NCBI GenBank assembly: GCA_963712805.1
Contig: CAVQJV010000062.1
Location: forward strand, 14,157-78,156
From: an uncultured Acidobacteriota bacterium
GTDB taxonomy: Bacteria > Acidobacteriota > Thermoanaerobaculia > Thermoanaerobaculales > Sulfomarinibacteraceae
Length of the DNA: 64,000 nucleotides
Direction: 5' to 3'
This document shows, piece after piece, positions 10,872 through 21,347 of this stretch. The first letter of the stretch is position 1. Each line of letters starts with the position of its first letter. The position numbers were made by a program, and so were the translations under genes. The notes under the pieces were generated by a model. It did no database searches. It worked only from the letters and a program-made list of their open reading frames with translations, and was not told the DNA's origin.

Positions 10872-13800
10872 TCAGGGGAGCTCGGCAACGGGAACGAAAT
10901 GGCGTCGCCCGAAACCGCGTCGATGACCGAAGCAAAGGCGAAGAAACCGCCGGAACCCGAGGTCCGGACGAGCTCGATCCGAGCGTTGCGTTGGCCGGGG
11001 ACCGAGAAGAAGGAGAAAACGTCGTTGATCTGGATCGATTCCCATGCGCCGAGGGTCATCCCCTCCGGGGCCGCCAGGGATCGACCGAGGGCATCGAAGA
11101 GCCGGATCTCCACCCCGACGCTCAATCCGTCGGTTTCGACGATCCCGAGGTTGCTTCGAGAGTTCGCATCGCTGTCGATGTGGATGAGGACGCCGCGACC
11201 GCGCAGACCCTGGTTGGGACGGATCCCGGGACGTACTGGCCGTAGGTGCCTTCCGATCCGTGATTGGCGGTTCGCGAGGTCGCACAAAGCGCCGCGGGTC
11301 CCTCCCGCGGCACGAGCCGCAGGGAGCCCGCGACGCCGCTGAAACCGAAGAAGCTGCCGACCACATCGTCGATGGTCCTGGCCTCACCGGGTCGGAGCTC
11401 GAAGGTCGCGAGCACCGGCGGGAGTCCAATGGCGCCTTGAAATCGAAGTTCCGCGTCGACGTGAACCGAAAAGCTGCCGTGGTTGAGGACCCGGAGATCG
11501 CTTCGCCACTCGGTGCCGGCCTGGCCTTGTTTGTTGGCGACCACGGGAACCAGGAGAAACGGGGTGACCTCCGGTCTTGAACCGGTGACAAATACGGCGT
11601 CGCCGGTCCGGTTGTCGATGACCGATCCGTAGGCCGTGACACGCCCGTCGCCCTGGACCACGGCGATCGCGACATACGGGTCTGCACCGGGCGCGCGTTC
11701 GTGGTCGGGCAGGACACCGTTGATCTGGACATTGGAGTGGGGTTCGATCAGGAGGAAGGTGGATGCCCCCAGGGCGACGCCGCTTTGACTGTCAAGGAGG
11801 GTGACGGCCACCTTGGCCGGGTGGCCGGTGGTCTCGGTGACCCCGATGTTGACCCTGTGGTCGGGACCGGCGGTGGGGAGCACGATCATCGCGGGTTCGC
11901 CGGCTCCCGTGGATTGATCCCCCGCCACCCTCGGTGGCACGAACTGACCGTAGGTCCCCGAGGCGGCGGTCGTGTAGGTCCTCGATGTGCCATGAACCAC
12001 GACGCCCGCGGTGTCCTGGACGAGGAGACTGCCTTGGGCGGAGTCGAGGCCAAATCGTTTCTTGACCAGATCGTCCAACGCAACCACGGATCCGTGCGGA
12101 ACAATCACGTCGGTCTGCCGTACACCGACGCCGGTCGAACCCGAGGGCGGAGTGAGGAGAAGACGGACCTCGGCTTCCGTCGACGGCGCGGCGTTGAAGA
12201 TCCGCACATCGGAGCGCCAGGTGGTGTTCTGGGCACCTTCGGAATGCGCCACGACGGGGTAGATCATGGTTGCGGATTCGAAGGGCGGTTGTGATGGTTC
12301 CTGAATGCTCAACGCCCAGCCGTTGAGGATCGTTCCTTCTTCGGGGTCGTCGAGGATGCGGTCATCCTCGACGGTCAGCGTCCAGGGTCCGATCATCGGA
12401 ATCTGGGAGAGGAGGCCGAGACTCTGCACCGGTTCGAAATCATCCGGGTAGGTTCCGGAGATGCCGTTGTGTCCGGCGGTGTGGTCGTGCAGCACGACCT
12501 GAGTGCCCTCCGGCGCGGTCAGAATGAGCCGGAGGTGCTCCGGCGCCGGGTGGGCGAGATCGACAAGCACCTTGAGGCTGCCGACGACGCCTTCCCGATC
12601 GACGAAGATTGCCGAGATCGTGGGCGTACTCGGCAGCGTCCGGAGGGGGATGGCGGACTCCGGGGAGACAAAAACTCTCGAGGCGGCCTGCACGGCCTCG
12701 ACGAGATCGACAATCGGCCGGATGAGGCCGTTCTTGTCGTCCATGGTCGGCTGCCCGGTGGCGGCGAGGAGAAATTTGATCGTGTGGGGATCGCTGCCGG
12801 GTCTGGCCTCCTCGATGAGCGCCGCCGCGCCGGTCACGTAGGCCGCAGCTCCCGAGGTGCCGCCGAAATCGACGGTGACGCTGTTGGCAGCCGCCGCCTT
12901 GAGAAACTCGGATGGAGCGACGAGATCGAGGTAGGAACTCGAGTTCGAGTAGCAGGTGACAGCGCGTTTCCATCGGAAGCTGTCGTCGCACAGCTCAGCG
13001 CACTCGGGATCGAGGCAGAAACGGTAGGGGAGCCATCCGGGGTCGGCGTCCCAGGCAGAACCGACCGCGACGGTCCTCGTGATGCAGGCCGGCGCGTTCA
13101 GGGCACCGCGGTAGCCGTTGTTCCCGGCCGCGGCGACGACCGTGATGCCGGCTTCGGTCGCGGTCTTGATCGCCTCTGCATAGGCGAGGTTGGCCTCGTC
13201 ACAGGGCCCGAAGAACTCGCCGCCGCCAAGGGAGATGTTGATTGCGGCCAGCCTGTAGTCCTCGCCGTTGCGGTGGAGAACCGCGTCTTCGATGGCTTCG
13301 ACCACCGCACTGGTGGTCGCGATTCCGCATTCGGCGTCAGAGGTCACCTTGTAGGCGAGGATCTTGGCCGATGGGGCGACTCCGCCCGCAAACGTCGATT
13401 GGGGCTCCACTGATACGACGAGCCCGCCGCCACGGAAGCGACGGCGGTGCCGTGACCGTTGCAGTCCATGGGATCGTCGTCATCATCGGCGGTGTCGAGC
13501 CCGTAGACCACCTTCGCGTTCGGGATGAGTCCTCCACCAAGGGTCGGGTGGAGATAGTCGACGCCGGAATCGATGATCGCGACGGCGGTTCCCTCACCGG
13601 CGACGCCGAGTTGGTGGAGCGAATCGGCGCCGATCAAGCGGAGTCCCTCGAGGGTCTGCAGGGTCCAACGACGATCGGGCTCCACCCACGTCACCTTCGG
13701 GCTCAGGAGGAGTTCGGCCAAACCCCGGGCCGAAACCACGGCCGTCAGGGCCGGTTGCAGGCGAAAGCCGCGGACCAGATCGAAATCGCCGGGCTCGGAT

Positions 13801-14073
13801 GGTTTCGGTGAACCCTGAACGGCTGCGGCGACGCTCGTGCGACGGCGTTCAGGCGGCGTTCGTCGGCGGCGCCGGCTGCGCGGCCGAGGACCATCTTGGT
13901 GTCGGTGTCGGCGGCGAGGTGGATGATGACCTGCTGGGTCCGGCCGGCGGCAAAGGCCTCGGCGACCTCGGGCGCCAATTCGGCGCTCGAGCAGAGCCCG
14001 GCCGGGCCCACGCCGGCGAGAACAAGAGCAGCGATGGACGCCAGGAATGGGGGTGCAGGTCGCGTCGAATCAC
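10872..14073 (-). CDS. Secreted S8 (subtilisin) peptidase with a P-proprotein domain and repeated C-terminal domains (frameshifted; start approximate)
   Basis: Triad motifs VAIIDSG, HGTAVA and GTSGAA; oxyanion AAAGN; P-domain LILTAPEG...GPWTLTVED...LNGWAL; hydrophobic N-terminal signal. Confidence 0.85.
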
Positions 14074-14256
14074 GCTCGCCAAGCCTCCGAACTCGACCCA
14101 CCCTCCCAGGTCTCCCGATGGATGGCGGAAGCCCATCCGGTCGATTCGCCGCGTATCGCGAACCCTTCGAGGGAGGCGGGTTCTCGAGATGAACCGTCAT
14201 TATACCGCACGGTGGTCCGAGCCGCGGGCCGCCGACCTTGCGGTAGTATGGCCGTT

Positions 14257-14999
14257 GTGAAACGACTCATCATTGCCGATGCCCATGTCGGCCAGCGGAC
14301 CGACGATGTCGCGGACATGGTCTCGATGTTACTCAACGCCCGCGATTCGGGTGTGACCGAGATCATCTATCTCGGGGATGGGTTTCAATACCTGATCGGG
14401 ATGTCCAAGTTTTGGACAGCCGGAGTCATCGAGGTCATCGAGACCTGGCGGCTCCTGCGGCGTTCGGTGTCGGGATCGGGGTGATCGAGGGAAACCGGGA
14501 TTTTTTTCTCGATGCGCCCGAGTTGGCGTCCGAGATCGACTGGTCCGGGCTCGTCCATGATTTTCAGTCGGGGTCGCGTCGGTTCCGACTCATTCACGGC
14601 GACAAGGTCAACCTGAGGGATTTTCAATACCGGTTCTGGTCGCGGGTCTCCAAATCAGGCTTGGCGAGGATCTGGGCTCGTTTGCTGCCCCGTTCCTTGG
14701 CGGTCTGGATCGTCCGGTCCATGGAAGCTCGGCTGGCTGACACCAACCGGCGCTTTCGCTATTACAAGCCGATCGATTCGCTTCGCCGGGCGGCCGACGA
14801 GGCCTGGTCTCAAGGTGTCGACGTGTTGCTCTGGGGCCACTTCCACACCAACTGGGGGTACTCCCGCGATCATCGCGTCGCCGTCATTCTTCCCGATTGG
14901 CTCGACACCGGAATCGCGGTGTTGGTCGATGATGACGGCAACGCCGTGCAGGTGGAGAAAAACTTGACACCCTGCGGTCCGCTTTTCACAATGAGTTGA
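14257..14999 (+). CDS. lpxH: LpxH-like metallophosphoesterase (UDP-2,3-diacylglucosamine diphosphatase family); one frameshift near 14460
   Basis: DAH, GDGF, GNRDF, HGD and GHFH metallophosphoesterase motifs with LpxH-style GNRDF. Confidence 0.65.
14964..14992 (+). promoter_or_regulatory. Sigma-70-type promoter upstream of aroA, inside the 3' end of the lpxH-like gene
   Basis: TTGACA-17 bp-CACAAT. Confidence 0.5.
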
Positions 15000-15077
15000 T
15001 GTTCAAAGGCCCACGAGGAACCGGTTCGGTCGCGTCGACCGTGAGGTTCCGGCAGGCTCGCGGATCGGCCCGCTGCC

Positions 15078-16348
15078 GTGACCCGTCTGCTGCCGGGGCC
15101 GGTGAGCGGGATTGCGGCCGCGGTGCGGGTTCCGACCTCCAAGAGCCTGACCAACAGGGCGCTGATCGCGTCGGCCGCAGCCGGCGGCGGCTGCATCCAC
15201 CGCCCCCTCGACTGCGATGATACGAGGCTTCTTGCCGGCGCCCTGGGTCAGGCGGGCTGGCCGGTCGCCTGGCAGGATGAGATCCACATCTCTCCTCGGA
15301 GACCGGTGCCGGAGGCGGCGGTGAATCTCGGCAACTCGGGAACCGGAGCCCGGCTCATTCTCGGTCTGCTGGCGTGCGTCTCCGGGCGATTTCGAGTCGA
15401 TGGAACCAGCCGCCTCCGGGAGCGACCGATGCTGCCGCTCGTCGAGGCCCTCACGGCGCTCGGTGCGGAAATCTGCAGCCGCGGCGGTTTCCTGCCGGTC
15501 GATCTCGTCGGCGGCCGACTGGTTGGAGGTCGCCTGCAGCTTCGTCCCGGGGTTTCATCGCAGTTCGTCTCCTCCCTCCTGCTCGCAGGGCCCCTCATGA
15601 CAAACGGTCTCGTGCTCGAGGTCATTGGTCCCGTGCCTTCACGGCCCTATCTGGATCTCACCCGTGACGTGATGGTGGATTTCGGCGCGTCGATCATCAG
15701 GGACGAGTCGGATCGCTGGAGGGTCGAACCGGGGGGCCTACGACCGACCACCTATCTCGTCGAGGGCGACTGGTCCGCCATGGCCTTTGCGGCGGCGGCG
15801 GTGGCGGCGGTCGGGGGCTCGGTGACGATCGGACCGCTTTCCTCGACGAGTTCCCAGGGTGACCGCGCGATCTGCGCGATTCTCGAGCGCGCCGGACTCG
15901 AACTCGAGTTTTCGGGGGAGGATCTCGAGATTTCGGGGCGCATGACCCGGCCGTTCGAGGCGGATCTCACGGCAACTCCTGATCTCTTCCCGGCCCTGGT
16001 CGTGGTGGCGGCCGCCGGCCCCGCAGGATCGGTGTTGACCGGGATCGAGCATCTCAAGCACAAAGAGAGCGACCGTTTGACGGTGATGGTGGAAAATCTC
16101 GGTCGGCTCGGCGCGGTCTTCGATCTCGGTCCCAGATCTCTCGTAGTTCGCAAGGGCATCGAGCGGAATCACCCGGGGGTCATCAGGGTGACCGCCGCGG
16201 ACGACCACCGCGTCGCCATGGCCATGGCGGTTGCGGCCCTCGCCGCCGGTGAACTCGAACTCGATGACGGCGGCTGTGTCGGAAAGTCCTTTCCGGAGTT
16301 CTGGAAGATGTGGGACACACTGGTTGATGGGGGAGGGAGGCGAGATGA
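15078..16348 (+). CDS. aroA: 3-phosphoshikimate 1-carboxyvinyltransferase (EPSP synthase)
   Basis: PTSKSLTNRAL, LGNSGTGAR, LRERPM, SSQFVSSLL, KESDRL, DDHRVAMA, KSFPEFW; the ORF track runs on into the next gene through a probable frameshift. Confidence 0.92.
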
Positions 16349-19300
16349 ACCCGCCCTCGCCGCGGTCGCTCCTCGTCGAGCACCCGGCGTTGCCCAGCCG
16401 TTCGAGTCAACTGATGCCGATCCGAGGGCTGGTCCCATTGAGGTCTCTCGGTCACGTCGATCGCTACCGGCCGCGGTCCAGTTGGTGGCGGTCACCGCGT
16501 TGCTCGCCGACTTCGAACTCTGGCCGGGGCGGTGGGCGCTGCGCCGCGCCATGGTCGAGATCGACCGATGACGGACCGCGGGTGCTGCTCCCGTCCCTGC
16601 CGGTGTCGCTTTCACGGATCTGGTCGAAGCTGGGAGGCGGCGACCCGGCGGCGGAACGAACCCGGACCGCGGTGCTGAGCACCATTTCCGAGGCGACCGG
16701 GATCGATCTGAAAGGGCGTGGCACGGTGGGGTTCGAGACCGGTTTCTTTCCTCGACGGGGTCCTCGCGGGATGGCTCGGTGAGCTCGATCTGCCCCTCGA
16801 TGCAGCAACCGCGCGTTCGTTGTGGATGCTGCGGTGGTCGCTGCCGACCTGTCCTGAGGCCGGAGACACGAGGTTTCTCGCGATTGCCGACGCCGCGACT
16901 CGCCGACGGATCGGTGTGGCGATGTGGGCCGCGGCGCATCGCCGCGGGTACGCGGCGAGCTTTGAGATCGTCGGCGCCGATGGCGCGGTCGAGGAGATGT
17001 CGGGGATCCGGGGGGCGGTGGAGTTCGAATTCTGGCGGGGGAGTTCGGCGACCGAATCCTCGCATCGCTCATGGATCGAGACGGCAACCTCGATGGAAGC
17101 GCGGTGGCCCTCGGTCGATTTCCCGAGGGGTGGAACCCGGCACCGGCGCCGGTCTTTCATCTCGATCGTCTTCCGGTCCACCTCACGATAGCGGGTCTCT
17201 CACCGGCGCAGAAGCTGCGTTGGATTGAAGAGCGGAACGGACGATTCAACCCGTTTTCCTCAGCCGATCGCCGGTGGCTCACCGGTTGCGCCGCAGAGCT
17301 CTTTTCCGGGTCCCGTCGGCGCACGAGCGCGAGGTTCCGGGACCTCGTCCACGTCGCCGGGTTGGCTCCGGATGGCGTGCCGGTCCCGAGCGCCCTCGAG
17401 ATGGCTGGAGTCGGCGAGGATGATCTCGAAGCGGCCGCGTCAGGATCGTGCCGTGGTCCTCCGTCACGGGTGTGTCACGGTTCCCGAGCCGCGGCCGTTG
17501 ACCATCGACCCTCGTCACGCCGAGGTGGCCCGGTTCTTCGACGAGGAAGATCCCAGGAGGCTGCTGCACTCAGCGCTCGCCGACGGCAACACCGGAGAGC
17601 TCCTCGCGTGGGCGCGGGCTCGACTGGACAATCTCGACGCAGCGGCTGTCAGAGGGTTGCTGACCGGATTGGAGACCGGCGCCCTCGGGCCCGGGGTTCA
17701 GGCGGCTTTGGCCGAGGCGTGTCTCTGCCTGGCCGATATCCACGGGGCCCGTCGAGCGTTGAACGGGTTGAACGACGAGATCGCGCGGCCGTGGGCGAAT
17801 TGGCTTCGCCTCATGGATCGACCGCCCGAACTCGAGGTCGAGATTCCGCATCCCGTGGATCTTCGTCAGGCTCCTCGCGCCTGCGCCGAGATCGCTCTCG
17901 TGAGCGTCAGACGAGCGCTGTGGTGGAAGACCGAATCCGCCGAGGAGGCGCTGGAACTCGTGCACGCCTGCTTGGCCTGTCTCAACGGTACGGCTCGGCG
18001 ATGGGTGGAGATCAAACTGACCGCTCTGGTCGAGCCCGAGCGGCTGGCCGATGCCGGTTGGCGCCGGGAAATGACCGGAGGCCACCCCGAACTCGTTGGT
18101 CTGATCCTCTTCGAGAGATCGCTCAGAGCGATGTTCGAAGAGCAGTTCAAGCGCGCGAACCGCCTTCTCAGGAGAGTGATGGCGGCGGAACGCGCCCCGG
18201 GAAGATTGGCCCTCATGCAGGTCAACCTCGGCACCCTCGAGGCCGACGCCGGTCACCACCAGGTGGCGGAAGCGTTGACCCTTGGCGCGTTTCGGCTTTT
18301 TCAGGCGGCCGGATTCCGGCATCGCCTCTGGGATGCCCTGCACAATTTGGCCGTGATGGACATCGATCAGCTTCGTGTGGAACGGGCGAGCGCCCGGCTC
18401 GACGCGGTTGCTGAAGCCCAGCACACCCTGTTTGTCGAGATCGAGCGCAGCCGATTGGCATTGGCGGTCGGGGATCTCGATCTCTTTCGATCTCGGCTCC
18501 GAGGATTGCCGTCGATGGACGACCTCTCGAATCCGCAGATCATCCAGGCCCTGTCGTTTCTCAAAGGGGTGGAGGCGTTGTTTTTTTCCTCGGCCGAAGC
18601 GGCGGCGGCGCTGTTGCGAGCCGGGGGACAGGAGGGCCTGGTCTGGCTTGAACTGGCTGACGCCATCGACCGACGAGACGACCGATCGACCGGATCCCAC
18701 AGCGACGGGTGGGGGGTACGACGCGCCGCGTTCCTGGTGCGCGTCAGCCGCGAGAGCCCATCGGTTCGAGAACTGGACGAGTTGATCAACGAGCCTCTCG
18801 ATCATCGCGAGGCCCTCGCGGTGACGCTGTGTGCACAGCTCGCTTGTCGGCCGGGGTGGCCCGGGCCCGACCTCAGGACGCGTGCGGCGGTCGTTCTTGC
18901 CGGCCGCGGGCTGACGGGTTGGGCCGCGCGGATCAGGTGGGGGAGTTCCGAGGTGGAGGCGTTGCTTCAGAACTTCGTTCGGTTGCTGAGAACTCATGAT
19001 TCGGGGCAGGACGTCGATGGCGTCCTCGAGGGTGTGCTTTCGCAGTTCGGCGTGACCGGGCTCGTTGTTCGGATGGTGGATCGGGATTGCGAACTCTTGC
19101 GCATCGGCACCGGCTGGTCGGCCAGCGGCGAAGTCCGCGGTTCGCTCGAAGTGGTTCCCCTGGGTTCGGAACCGATCCGAGGATCGGCATGGACTCTTCT
19201 CTGCGATCTCCTGGAACTCATGATCCCGGTCGCCAGAACCCCCGAGATGAGGGTCGATCGCAGCGAAGTTCGCATTGACGGCTCCTCTCGCGGGATCGAG

Positions 19301-20182
19301 CAGTTGCGGCAGGATGTGCGGCTCCATGCAGGACCCGGATATGCCGTGCTCGTGCACGGTGAGACCGGGTCCGGCAAGGAAGTCGTCGCCAGGGAACTCC
19401 ACCGGCTTTCCGGGCGGAAGGGAGAGTTGGTGTCGGTCAACATCGCCGCGATCCCGATCAACCTTCTCGAAGCGGAACTCTTCGGTTCGGTGAAGGGAGC
19501 CTTCACCGGTGCGGAACGGTCTCGAGGGGGTCTGGTGGCGGCGGCCGATGGTGGCACTCTTTTTCTCGACGAGGTCGGGGATCTCGATCTTGCGTTGCAG
19601 GTCAAGCTTCTTCGTTTTCTCGAGTCGGGCGAGGTCCGGCCGGTTGGTTCCGATCGGACCAGGGTGATGGATGTTCGAGTCGTCTGCGCCACCCATCGGA
19701 AGCTCGACCGTCTCGTTCGGGAGGGTCGGTTCCGGGGCGATCTCTTCTTCCGGATCGCGGTCGCCAAGATCCTCGTCCCGCCGTTGCGGGAACGCGTCGA
19801 GGACATTTTGATGTTGCGGTCGATTTTCGAACACGAAGCGTCGCATCGGCACGGGCTACAGGTGTCGAAATGGAGCGTCGCAGCCGAGCGTTGGCTGCTC
19901 AACCACCGATGGCCGGGCAATGTCCGGGAACTCAAGCACACCGTCGAGGTCGCCATGGCGCGAGCTGGTGGGGAGGCGATTCGACCGGAGCACCTTCCCT
20001 TGACCGAGCAGCCGACCGCGCTGCGTGGAACCTGGGAGAGCACGGTCGGCGATTTCAAACGTCGCTTCTTGACCGAGGTCCTGTCCCGCCACAAGGGGAA
20101 TCGAAGCGCCGCCGCAAGGGAACTCGGCATCTCACGCCAGGCGCTGCTTTATCAAATCAGGAAACTCGGGCTCGGAGCCTGA
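16345..20182 (+). CDS. Very large sigma-54 enhancer-binding protein: divergent N-terminal region, TPR-like helices, AAA+ domain and Fis HTH (N-terminal part frameshifted)
   Basis: Walker [68 protein letters not shown]; 985 aa uninterrupted from 17225. Confidence 0.85.
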
Positions 20183-20299
20183 TCGCATCCTCTGGGTTTC
20201 GGTTTGTCCTCCGATCGCCCGCGCGGTCTGTGGGCACAGGGACAAGCTCGTTGGCATTGTGACGCCTGAGGTCCAGCCTGCAGCGCCGATATGCGGGAC

Positions 20300-20327
20300 A
20301 AAAAAGATGCGGACCGTGCGGTCCGCA
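20300..20327 (-). terminator. Intrinsic terminator of the putative sRNA
   Basis: Minus strand TGCGGACC-GCAC-GGTCCGCA-TC-TTTTTT. Confidence 0.85.
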
Positions 20328-20379
20328 GGAGGAAGGAGGAGGTATGATGCGTTTACCAGGTCGTTGTGTGCCCGGCTAT
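20300..20379 (-). ncRNA. Putative sigma-54-dependent small RNA (~80 nt) with a CU-rich anti-SD seed
   Basis: Consensus -24/-12 promoter at 20390-20406, 5' hairpin CCGGG/CCUGG, single-stranded ACCUCCUCCUUCCUCC, then an 8-bp terminator and U6; no ORF within the predicted transcript. Confidence 0.7.
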
Positions 20380-20389
20380 CTTTACAACT

Positions 20390-20406
20390 AGCAAGCATCG
20401 TGCCAA
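20390..20406 (-). promoter_or_regulatory. Sigma-54 (-24/-12) promoter
   Basis: Minus strand TTGGCACGATGCTTGCT matches TGGCAC-N5-TTGCW exactly. Confidence 0.85.
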
Positions 20407-20426
20407 CATTCCAAGCGGGGAAGAAA

Positions 20427-21347
20427 TTGCTGGTTGGTCAGCGAGACAAATTGGAATTCGGTCTTCGAGAGTTGCGCCGAAATGCGGACGTGGAACTTCA
20501 CGAAAGGGTGGATCTGCGCGCCTGGACGTGTCTCGGCGTCGGCGGCGTCGCAACCCTGGTTGTGCGCTGTCACAACGCATCCTCGGTGGCTGAGACCCTC
20601 AACCTGGCTGCTTCGCACGGATTGGGCTGGTTGGTGCTGGGAAGCGGCTCACGGATCATCGCACCGGACAGTGGGATCCGCGTCCCGGTGGTGAGTGCAA
20701 CCGGGGAGCTCGCGCGCTGGAAGGTGGAGGTGGACGGAATCGAGGCAGGCGCTGGTGCCAACTTGGCACAGGTGTGCCGGGCCGCTCGTCGCGCCGGGCT
20801 TTCCGGGCTGGAGTCCCTCGATTCCAGGGACCACAGCGTCGGCGGAGTGATCCGAGCCGCCATCGACGGGGTGGTCGATCTCGGGAGTGTGCTGGACTGG
20901 ATCGATCTCCAAGCTCCGGGCTGCGGACCGCAGCGGTGGCACGCGACCGACGATGAATCCATTCCCGATCGGCGGCAGATTCACCGCAAGGTCGTCACCA
21001 GGATCCGGTTTCGCCTTCGACCGTTTCCGGTGGTCAGGATCCTCCCTGGCACCCTGAGATCGATCCGAAGCCGGGCCCTGCGTTCGACGGGTCCGATCTT
21101 CCTCGACTCCCAGGATGCCACGGCGGCCGATCTCCTCGCCGAGGCCGGGTGCCGCAATCTGACGGTCGGTGGAGTTCGAATCGGCGGCAACGGGGGCAAC
21201 GACCTCATCGCCGGGCGATCGGCCACAGCCGGGGATGTGCTGGATCTCTGCCGCCGCGCCCGCGATCGGGTCGCCGCCGCCACCGGCGTGGAACTGATTT
21301 CGGCGCTGGTCTTTGTCGACGACGACGGGCTGGAAACCACCCTATGA
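20427..21347 (+). CDS. MurB-fold FAD-binding protein, divergent paralogue lacking catalytic motifs
   Basis: MurB layout recognisable (L..WT.LGVGG.A, LVLGSGS, AGAG, GLSGLE, VGG, V...TGVEL), but the IPG/MNAGA, GS.FKNP, HANF and LE.EV motifs are replaced; TTG start after GGGGAAG. Confidence 0.7.
   Translation: MLVGQRDKLEFGLRELRRNADVELHERVDLRAWTCLGVGGVATLVVRCHNASSVAETLNLAASHGLGWLVLGSGSRIIAPDSGIRVPVVSATGELARWKVEVDGIEAGAGANLAQVCRAARRAGLSGLESLDSRDHSVGGVIRAAIDGVVDLGSVLDWIDLQAPGCGPQRWHATDDESIPDRRQIHRKVVTRIRFRLRPFPVVRILPGTLRSIRSRALRSTGPIFLDSQDATAADLLAEAGCRNLTVGGVRIGGNGGNDLIAGRSATAGDVLDLCRRARDRVAAATGVELISALVFVDDDGLETTL

Noticed and set aside
15078-16571. AroA with a 70-aa C-terminal extension or fusion
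   Set aside because: Homology ends at KSFPEFW; the extension is best explained by an indel in the G-run near 16330 joining it to the next gene
17570-19852. 760-aa minus-strand ORF, and similar long antisense ORFs (e.g. 46382..47980, 57248..58648, 34661..35962)
   Set aside because: Shadow frames of real high-GC genes on the opposite strand, with no recognisable motifs
20344-20391. Plus-strand 15-codon ORF MMRLPGRCVPGYLYN after GGAGGAGG as a leader peptide
   Set aside because: The SD-ATG spacing is only 1-4 nt, and the promoter and U-tract both point to a minus-strand transcript; not fully excluded
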